Shown here: piece by piece, positions 19,801 through 26,022 of the stretch
Layout of the letters: every line of letters starts with the position of its first letter
How positions within the stretch are numbered: position 1 is the first letter of the stretch
NCBI GenBank assembly: GCA_964354375.1
Contig: CAYGZQ010000002.1
Span: 44,866 to 108,865, forward strand
Direction: 5' to 3'
Length of the DNA stretch: 64,000 bases
From: an uncultured Planctomycetota bacterium
GTDB lineage: Bacteria; JAJVIF01; JAPKYR01
Notes under the pieces: generated by a model
What the model was told of the DNA's origin: nothing
Seen by the model: only the letters and a program-made list of their open reading frames with translations
Database searches by the model: none
Position numbers and translations under genes: made by a program

Positions 19801-20291
19801 AATTCGGTCGGATTCCACCATCGCGTATACCCGTCCGCGTTCTCAAGCCTTGTCTCGTCCCAGTCGGCGAATTTCAGAGAGCCGATATCGAGCGTGCCCG
19901 GCGTCATGAGGATGCCCTTCACGTCGAATCCCGCGAGCTGGGGCTTGGTTCCGAACGGGTGCTTGAGAGTGATGTCAAACGCGAAGAGGCCGTTCGGAGG
20001 ATCGGATTCGCTCGGGACCGCAGCCGCGCTGACTCCCATCGTGGTGTTCAGGATGCCGGTGACATTGAGGTGCAGGTCGGCGGATCGAGCGGGCAGGGCG
20101 GTGATCGACAAGCTGTCTGTATCTACACTGAGCGACCAGAAGCCAAGGCATCGATGTCCTGAGCCCGACTCAGTTGCACGGACCGGGGTGGCTTGTTTGT
20201 CGAAATCAGTGTCGGGAATCGTCGGATTCCCCTGGCAACCCGTCACCACGACCAGAATCGCCGGCAGCAGAGATAAAAGCCGCTTGAGCAT
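16842..20291 (-). CDS. Large surface lipoprotein, paralog B (1149 aa): conserved N-domain + beta-propeller-like C-terminal repeats
   Basis: Lipobox VVVTGC. N-domain motifs KHPFG..AGFDVKGI, ADGYTRWWNPTEF, NPYKYFADAL, GYAVDASWAAP, DFPLSANEPEP. Confidence 0.7.
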   Translation of the reverse strand: MLKRLLSLLPAILVVVTGCQGNPTIPDTDFDKQATPVRATESGSGHRCLGFWSLSVDTDSLSITALPARSADLHLNVTGILNTTMGVSAAAVPSESDPPNGLFAFDITLKHPFGTKPQLAGFDVKGILMTPGTLDIGSLKFADWDETRLENADGYTRWWNPTEFTQSGMFGYTQGVLTNSSASSLTATVNPYKYFADALEATDSMGSVHNTAMDADTGRGVFTAGSSNTRRYLIRFPMNPGPQVIYGYAVDASWAAPSPNPPSAVPDDFPLSANEPEPYDVVVVPTVNTLFYDSETGMKGGVLRLATNVHDWQGQAAADIAGQVNLVRAYAPDLYAGVVDGTLVGETPIKAQYSVDLTGKAVPSQPGTALVAVRAESNDGQTYDQGLGYPAAVSSAISSWQALTVDIVDPPCDADMNNSMPEAEPIGPGDQIEDTLCDVVDYEDWYFFEIAPGFRPEGEIRWYQDAQKAKIEFYDSQAQLLDKSTIVGGGILKIELDPLDLGPGTYYVRLRVDQFTISGGGAMVYLLESDFSIVDTIPDNPVDITPWNLDCDAIWVKKHGDYAFLAGVVGYWVYDVSDYGGAVFVSRIYDKCGSEPAFDYPYMYSWEDPTANPAGIDMVDFTDPAAPELTEDALVVNSGVADIAMDSRYMYVAAGTGLNWRVSIYDYLVNPAAPVWVSDFVIDEKPIDLEVIDPEGSHTSLAVLFPAQLRVFVVENPLDVTPNGNAYSGGGAEFKDLEVSGWYLVHSYVMPGPVSGVSVLSYSPVTQLNAHGYADLPGDGVNICVHGTTCYAADGDEGVTVVDFSSPDNPTVVTSEDTFSLPISLDADGDILMCVCEHGGFAVYDLSIPLSPILMTYAQCVNAPICGAFTGDYGIFCQSDGSFGALTFLDNTDVLHPVVAVSWPIPGLYFDSIAVLGDVFAIGSSQGQSFALVDGGAIPELLAVYSENLGGDVISPALTDARCYVSLLNGLIYVYDISSFPTVTALGPVMIPWPAWHLALKGSYMYGSNGQTLLVFSLSNIDAPQQVNSLPMAHNINELKVRGDYLYMLTSDTLEVLDISTGNAPSVVGSVTLPYAPSMKFMAIDSQNAYVADDVSPTVAVNLWPPNDPQVFGEVTTPCPGFPNTGLLDNKGILYEMHTRIGLKIYDLY

Positions 20292-20406
20292 ATGGCACCT
20301 GCCTATCGATCAGTATCGCCGTGGAGAAAGAGTAGCATTAGCGGCTGCCCACCGAAAGGCAAAGCCATGACGAACCACATCGGTCCCGGGGAGTCCTAAA
20401 TGCAGG

Positions 20407-20412
20407 TATAAT
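20407..20412 (+). promoter_or_regulatory. Candidate -10 element (TATAAT) 35 bp upstream of the 20447 gene
   Basis: Sequence inspection only. Confidence 0.25.
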
Positions 20413-20446
20413 GAAAGTGACAATCGGGAGAGTCTGACCAACGACG

Positions 20447-21109
20447 ATGGCCGATTATCATCGAGCAGTTCTCCACAATTTCCTGTTTTTCGCTTCCTGG
20501 CTGGTGCCACTTGCGGTCTCCATCGTAGTTATGCTGGTGGGGTTCATCAGGTGGCGTTCGCCGTCATCCTGGAGACTCCGGTTCTGGGGAGGCTTCGCAG
20601 CAGTCATTATCTTCGCGGCCTTCATTCTCTTTTCATCTTCCAATGACCATTCCTGGCGCCCGATCCCGGTAGTGCCGCCCTGGCATATGACGAGGGACAA
20701 TCTGAGCACAATCCAGATTGCTGTCGAACGTTACGCCGATCACAACGATGGCCACTACCCTCTGACGATTGAGGATCTGTTCACTGAGCCGATCCTGAAC
20801 TCGACCCCAAGGAACCGCTACACCGGTAAACTGATGGTGGAAATCCCGTTCGGAGCAACTCCCTGGGAAGGCGAGTTCACCTACGTCCCAGTCAAGCAGG
20901 GCGAGGATGTGATTGGCTACTACCTTATTGCCTACGGCGGCAAAGATTGGCGAGGAGACGATATCGACGGAGACGGGCAACCCGACCACGTCCTTCAGGT
21001 CCTCTCGAGCAAAGATGCGCACCCGGAGACACTCCTGCCTCCGCTGGAAGAGCTGCTTCGCGCCTCAAAAGCCTCGTCCAGATCCAAACCCCAGGGCAAC
21101 GGTTCCTGA
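20447..21109 (+). CDS. Membrane protein with pseudopilin (GspG)-like periplasmic domain but no prepilin leader
   Basis: Two N-terminal TM segments. Segment LSTIQIAVERYADHNDGHYPLTIEDLF resembles the conserved core of type II secretion/type IV pilin-like proteins. Confidence 0.35.
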   Translation: MADYHRAVLHNFLFFASWLVPLAVSIVVMLVGFIRWRSPSSWRLRFWGGFAAVIIFAAFILFSSSNDHSWRPIPVVPPWHMTRDNLSTIQIAVERYADHNDGHYPLTIEDLFTEPILNSTPRNRYTGKLMVEIPFGATPWEGEFTYVPVKQGEDVIGYYLIAYGGKDWRGDDIDGDGQPDHVLQVLSSKDAHPETLLPPLEELLRASKASSRSKPQGNGS

Positions 21110-21266
21110 ACTGTGAGTTGTCCGTTCGTCCGTCCCGGCGAGTGCATCGCCGGGCTACTTCGAGTAACGGCTGTGATAGTGCGGCTCGGCGGGAGCCTCG
21201 CCCTCCCGATCCAACTCCTTTGTCACCAGTTCATTGAGTTTTGAGACAGCCTCGTGCATCGCCGGG

Positions 21267-22391
21267 CTACTTCGAGACGTACTTCGCCACTTCCTGGGCT
21301 ACCTCGAGCGTTGTGTTTGTGCCGCCCATATCGTAGGTGCGTACGCGGCCCTCTTTGATCACGCGGGCGATGGCGTTCTCGACGCGAGCGGACATCTCTT
21401 TCTCCTCGAGCCAGTCGAGCATCAATTTCACCGTGAGGAGCATCGCCATCGGGTTCACCTTGTGCATCCCGGCGTATTTCGGCGCTGAGCCGTGCGTGGG
21501 CTCGAACAGCGCGAGACCGTCGCCGATGTTCGCGCTCGACGCAAACCCCAGTCCGCCGACAAGCTGGGCCGCGAGATCGCTGATGATGTCCCCGAACATG
21601 TTGGACGTGACCAGCACATCGTAATCGAGCGGGTTCTTCAAAAGCCACATGCACATGGCGTCGATGTTGGTCTCCCACAGAGGAATTCCGGGATATTCCT
21701 TCGCGATCTTCCTCGCCTCGCGGATCATGAGACCGCTGGTCTCGCGTATCACGTTCGGCTTCTCGACGATGGTCACGGATTTCCGTGAGTGCTTTTTCGC
21801 GTACTCAAACGCCGCTCGGATGATTTTCTGCGCTCCGGGACGCGTGATAATGCGGCACGATATCGCCATGTCGTGGTTGGGCACGCTGTCGAACTTCTGG
21901 AAAGCTTTCGAGCTCTCGCGCAGAGCCTTGCGAACCCCTTCCGGGACCGGATGGAACTCCACGCCCGAGTACAGGTCCTCCGTGTTCTCTCTGAAAACGA
22001 CGAGGTCGATGCCTTCCTTGTAGTTGAGCGGGTTGCCCGGGTAGGCCTTGCAGGGTCGGAGGTTGGTGTGCAGGTTGAAAAGCTGCCTCAGACGAACTAT
22101 CGGGGAGCGATAGACAAAACCCTTCCCCTGCAGCTCCGGGATAAGCTCATTCTCCGCCTCTTCCTTGGGCTTTGACGTTATCGCGCCAAAGAGACAGCAG
22201 GTCGTGTTTTTCAAAAGGTCGATCGTACGCTGGGGAAGCGCGTCTCCCTCGGTGCGCCAGAACTCCCAGCCGATGTCGCCGGGGATGTATTCCGCGTCAA
22301 GTTTGATGGCGTCGAGGACGATCTTCGCCGCGTCCATTACATCCCTGCCGACCCCGTCGCCGGGAAGCCACGCGATCTTGTACTTCGGCAT
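21267..22391 (-). CDS. Isocitrate/homoisocitrate dehydrogenase family enzyme (beta-decarboxylating dehydrogenase)
   Basis: NLRPCKAYPGNP...VVFRENTEDLYSG, NMFGDIISDLAAQLVGGLG, EPTHGSAPKYAG. The RENTEDLY signature is closer to prokaryotic IDH/HICDH than to LeuB. Confidence 0.75.
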   Translation of the reverse strand: MPKYKIAWLPGDGVGRDVMDAAKIVLDAIKLDAEYIPGDIGWEFWRTEGDALPQRTIDLLKNTTCCLFGAITSKPKEEAENELIPELQGKGFVYRSPIVRLRQLFNLHTNLRPCKAYPGNPLNYKEGIDLVVFRENTEDLYSGVEFHPVPEGVRKALRESSKAFQKFDSVPNHDMAISCRIITRPGAQKIIRAAFEYAKKHSRKSVTIVEKPNVIRETSGLMIREARKIAKEYPGIPLWETNIDAMCMWLLKNPLDYDVLVTSNMFGDIISDLAAQLVGGLGFASSANIGDGLALFEPTHGSAPKYAGMHKVNPMAMLLTVKLMLDWLEEKEMSARVENAIARVIKEGRVRTYDMGGTNTTLEVAQEVAKYVSK

Positions 22392-22431
22392 TTAGTTCTC
22401 CGTATGTGGTGAAGATCAAGAAAAAGAAAGA

Positions 22432-22547
22432 CTAACCACGAAGACACTAAGGACACCAAGAACACAAAGAGGAAGTCAAGCTAGCGATGTCCGATTTCTC
22501 CCGTTCTTCTTTGTGTCCTTCGTGCCCTTAGTGTCTTCGTGGTTACT
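22432..22547. repeat. Long imperfect inverted repeat (~38-bp arms AACCACGAAGACACTAAGGACAC.../...GTGCCCTTAGTGTCTTCGTGGTT) in the intergenic region between the dehydratase small-subunit gene and the IDH-family gene
   Basis: Seen directly. AT-richer than the surroundings. It lies inside an apparent operon, so it may be an attenuator, RNA processing site or terminator. Confidence 0.55.
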
Positions 22548-22553
22548 CTTCTC

Positions 22554-23051
22554 TTATCCCCTTTTCGACTTGACCCACTCAACGAGTCCGCCGCATTCGA
22601 GAATGCCCCTGACCTCTTCGGGCAGTGGCGGGAACGGGAATTCCTCTCCGGAGGACGAGATGATCACGCCTCTTTCGAGGTCGACGGTAATCTCCTCGCC
22701 CCTCTCGATCGCGTCGACCGCATCGGCCTGCACGATGACCGGCAGTCCGGCATTGATGCAGTTGCGGTAGTAAATCCGCGCGAAGCTCTTGCCTATCACC
22801 GCCCCCACACCGGCCGCCTTCAGGCAGAAAACCGCCTGCTCACGGGACGACCCGCATCCGAAATTGGTGCCTGCGACGATGATGTCGCCCGGCTTGACAG
22901 CTTTGGTGAAGGACGGGTCGAGGTCCTCGAACGCGTGCTTCGCCATCTCGTCGAGCTCGGTCACCGTGTAGGTGTATTTTCCGGGGAAAATGACGTCGGT
23001 GTTGACATCGTCCCCGTATTTCCACGTTCTGCCTTTGATGGATTTAGACAT
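22554..23051 (-). CDS. Aconitase-family dehydratase small subunit (LeuD/HacB-like), copy 2
   Basis: [38 protein letters not shown]. Confidence 0.8.
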   Translation of the reverse strand: MSKSIKGRTWKYGDDVNTDVIFPGKYTYTVTELDEMAKHAFEDLDPSFTKAVKPGDIIVAGTNFGCGSSREQAVFCLKAAGVGAVIGKSFARIYYRNCINAGLPVIVQADAVDAIERGEEITVDLERGVIISSSGEEFPFPPLPEEVRGILECGGLVEWVKSKRG

Positions 23052-23071
23052 GTTCGATCCTCGCCTTTGAG

Positions 23072-24322
23072 CTACAAACCCCTCGGATCGGTGATCTCGC
23101 CCGCGATTGCGCTCGCCATGACGGTCTCGGGGCTCGCGAGATAAATCTCCGATTCCGGGTTACCCATCCTTCCTTTGAAATTACGGTTGGCCGTCGAGAT
23201 GCACACTTCGCCGGTCGCAAGCACCCCTTCGTGTGCCCCCAGACATGGCCCGCAGCCGGTGTTCATTATAACACCGCCGGCCTGACTTATCTGCATCCAT
23301 GTGCCGTCCATGAGCGCCGCCTCGTAGATCTCCCGGGACGCCGGGAAGACAAGCAGGCGGACGTCCGGGTGAATCTCGCGTCCGTTCAGGACCCCCACAG
23401 CGGCGTGGAAGTCCTCCAGACGCCCGTTCGTGCATGTTCCGAGCACCGCCTGGTGGATTTTCGTTCCCGCTACATCCGCCACATCTGCGACATTGTCCAC
23501 CGTGTGCGGCTTCGCCACTTTCGGAGACAGCCTGGAGACGTCGAAATCGAGGTTCTGGAAAATGGCCGCGCCCTGATCGGTGTCCACCACCTCGAACGGC
23601 TCGCTTGTCCGGTCCATGAGCCATTCGATGACCTCCCGGTTGGGAATGCAGTAGCCGACCTTCGCGCCCATCTCGGCCGACAGGTTGCAGAGCACCATGC
23701 GTTCGCCCACCGACATTTTGTCAACAGTGTCGCCGTTGAACTCGATCGCCCTGTACAGCGCACCGTCCGCGCCGATTTTTCTGATAATCTCAAGGGCCAA
23801 ATCTTTCGCGCCCACCCGCTTGGGGAAACTCCCCTTGATTGTGATCGTCATCGTGTCCGGGCAGAGAAGCCAGAGCATGCCGATTGCCATGATGGACGCA
23901 AGCTCGCTTCGACCGATCCCGGCGGCGAACGCTCCGAAAGCCCCGTGGGTGGTCGTATGAGAATCCGAGCCCAGAATGAGTCTCCCAGGGAGGGCGAGCC
24001 CCTCCTCGGGAAGCACCTGGTGACAAATCCCCCGCTGGATATCGAAGAAATGCCTGATCCCCTGCGCCTTCACGAATTCCCGGATTTTCTTGTGGTTGGC
24101 GGCGTGCTTCGAGTCGGCCGCCGGGACGCAATGATCGAGGATCATCACGTGCCTGTCGGGGTTGTCGACCTTCCCGCCGCCCATCTTCTCGAACGTCGAG
24201 ATGATCGCGGCGGTATTGTCATGGGATAGCGCGATGTCGGGCGTGAGCATCGCGATCTCGCCCGCCTTCACCTCGCGTCCAGCGTGCTGAGAGAATATCT
24301 TCTCGGAGAATGTCTGTGGCAT
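23072..24322 (-). CDS. Aconitase-family dehydratase large subunit (LeuC/HacA-like), copy 2
   Basis: [41 protein letters not shown]. Confidence 0.8.
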   Translation of the reverse strand: MPQTFSEKIFSQHAGREVKAGEIAMLTPDIALSHDNTAAIISTFEKMGGGKVDNPDRHVMILDHCVPAADSKHAANHKKIREFVKAQGIRHFFDIQRGICHQVLPEEGLALPGRLILGSDSHTTTHGAFGAFAAGIGRSELASIMAIGMLWLLCPDTMTITIKGSFPKRVGAKDLALEIIRKIGADGALYRAIEFNGDTVDKMSVGERMVLCNLSAEMGAKVGYCIPNREVIEWLMDRTSEPFEVVDTDQGAAIFQNLDFDVSRLSPKVAKPHTVDNVADVADVAGTKIHQAVLGTCTNGRLEDFHAAVGVLNGREIHPDVRLLVFPASREIYEAALMDGTWMQISQAGGVIMNTGCGPCLGAHEGVLATGEVCISTANRNFKGRMGNPESEIYLASPETVMASAIAGEITDPRGL

Positions 24323-24355
24323 GGCGTTGTCTCCGGTTCTTGGCGGTTTACGGCG

Positions 24356-24898
24356 TCACGTAAGCTTGAACGGCTCGAAGTTGAGGAAATCCGCGTGGTT
24401 GATGATTATTGCTTCGAGAGTCGCGCGCGACTTGTCGCCTTCGTGGGAGTGGTACGCGACTATGTGCTGGACCTCCTCCGGAAGTCCCGCCGCGCGCGCG
24501 ATCCCCATTCCGCTCAGGGGATGCCTGAGGAGTTTCCCGGATTTGGCGACAACAAAACGTCCGTCCTCCTCTTTGTACTCCACCAGCTTCCCCACGTCAT
24601 GGAGAAGAGCACCTGCGAGGAGGATATCGCGATTCGCAAGCATCTGGGGCTTGCCCGGATGCGCGGCTTCGATGGCGTCCGCGATCGCAAGCGCGACCCT
24701 GGTGACCCCCCTGATGTGCTCGAGCATTGTGGCCGGGCACGGACTGATCAAAAGCGTGAACGGCATCCTCTTCAGATCGGACGGGGTCCATCCGCCGGTC
24801 TCGAGCGCGTCGACATAGGCGTTCAACGCATCGGTTCTCAATCCCTGGTCCTTGATAAGGTTGAACTCCGGGATCAGCTCGATAAGTTCGTTGTGCAT
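24356..24898 (-). CDS. HD-domain phosphohydrolase
   Basis: H..LLHDVGK motif region, about 180 aa. Confidence 0.6.
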   Translation of the reverse strand: MHNELIELIPEFNLIKDQGLRTDALNAYVDALETGGWTPSDLKRMPFTLLISPCPATMLEHIRGVTRVALAIADAIEAAHPGKPQMLANRDILLAGALLHDVGKLVEYKEEDGRFVVAKSGKLLRHPLSGMGIARAAGLPEEVQHIVAYHSHEGDKSRATLEAIIINHADFLNFEPFKLT

Positions 24899-24944
24899 TT
24901 GAGTTCCACCTGTGACCCGGCAACCCGTTACCGGGATTTTTCTT

Positions 24945-24995
24945 TCTTCCCTCTCCCCTCGCCACGGGGTGGAGAGGGGTCAGGGGGTGAGGTGT
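24945..24995. repeat. REP-like GC-rich palindrome (partial copy: CCCTCTCCCCTCGCCACGGGGTGGAGAGGGGTCAGGGGGTGAGGTG)
   Basis: Shares GGAGAGGGG..AGGGGGTGAGGTG with 621-671 and 42893-42947. Intergenic between two minus-strand genes. Confidence 0.6.
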
Positions 24996-25759
24996 CTTTC
25001 CGAGGGACCCGCATAGCCGTAGTCCGACGGATCTATCTTCCGCATCGGCTTCTGCTCGGTAAGTTCCTCGTACACGTGCGCGAGAAGTCCCGGCGCCCTC
25101 GCGACCATGAAAAACCCGTTCATCATCATTGGGGGCACCCCGAGATCGCCCAGAATCGCGCCCAGCGCGCCGTCGACGTTCAGGGGGAGCGGCTTGCCCG
25201 ATTTCTCGAACTGCCGCTCGATCGCCTGCGCCATTCTGAGATGATCGCCGACATAACCCATTTCCTCGCACGTCTTGGTGAGCTTGACGGTGCGAGGATC
25301 CGCGGTGTGAAGCCGGTGACCGAACCCGGCGATGCGCTTTTTCTTTTCCCTGAAGTCCGCGAGAAGCTTCGCCGCCGCATCGTCAACCGAGATGCCGTCC
25401 TTTTTCATCATCTCGAGGGCCTGATGAAGGGCGTGGAAGCAGTCCTCCAGCGCGCCGCCGTGGTGACGATTGATGCTCATGATTCCTGCCGCGACGCTGG
25501 CGGAAAGGCTCGCGCCGGTGGACACGACGGTCCGGGCGGCAAGGCAGCTCGGCGGCGACGCGCCGTGATCGATCGACGACACAAAGATGACCTCAAGAAG
25601 CTTCGTCAGCTTCTCGTCCGGAAGCTCGCCCATGAGGATGAGCCATATCGCCTGCGCGAACGACACTTTCCCCATGAGCTCATCGATTCTGTAGCCGCGC
25701 ACCATGACCTTGTTCGGCGCGACGTCGGTCACTTTGGTGTCCCAGTGGTTCTCACCCAT
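24980..25759 (-). CDS. Citrate synthase-family short protein (citryl-CoA lyase-like)
   Basis: About 260 aa, corresponding only to the C-terminal catalytic half of citrate synthase. GFGHRLHTADPR motif (the GHRVY..DPR equivalent). Confidence 0.6.
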   Translation of the reverse strand: MGENHWDTKVTDVAPNKVMVRGYRIDELMGKVSFAQAIWLILMGELPDEKLTKLLEVIFVSSIDHGASPPSCLAARTVVSTGASLSASVAAGIMSINRHHGGALEDCFHALHQALEMMKKDGISVDDAAAKLLADFREKKKRIAGFGHRLHTADPRTVKLTKTCEEMGYVGDHLRMAQAIERQFEKSGKPLPLNVDGALGAILGDLGVPPMMMNGFFMVARAPGLLAHVYEELTEQKPMRKIDPSDYGYAGPSERHLTP

Positions 25760-25970
25760 TGCGTCTGTCCTCAAACATGTCCGAATTAGAGGGAGATAGT
25801 TTACCGTAAAGATTCGATTAAGGCGATAGCCTGCGCGCTATGTAGCATGCGCGTCCCTGCGCATGGTTCTTCTCCGACAGCAAAACCGTCCGCCAATTGG
25901 GATGGGAAACCGCCCCTTTGGAGCCAAAGAGCTCTCCTCGAAGACAGCCATCTGGTTGCACAGGAAATCA

Positions 25971-25979
25971 TGGTATAAT
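25971..25979 (+). promoter_or_regulatory. Candidate extended -10 promoter element (TGgTATAAT) 44 bp upstream of the lipoprotein C gene start
   Basis: TG at 25971-25972, TATAAT at 25974-25979. GAGGAGG RBS at 26010-26016. Confidence 0.4.
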
Positions 25980-26022
25980 GATTAACGCTGAACGCTGATT
26001 AGAGTATTTGAGGAGGGGCTCC

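Noticed and set aside
17190-20370. Plus-strand ORFs 17190-18182, 18198-18866, 19665-20162, 19798-20370
   Set aside because: Antisense to the 1149-aa lipoprotein B gene.
23231-25789. Plus-strand ORFs 23231-24229 and 24284-25789 (501 aa)
   Set aside because: Span and oppose three well-supported minus-strand genes (dehydratase large subunit, HD hydrolase, citrate-synthase-like); Arg-rich shadows.
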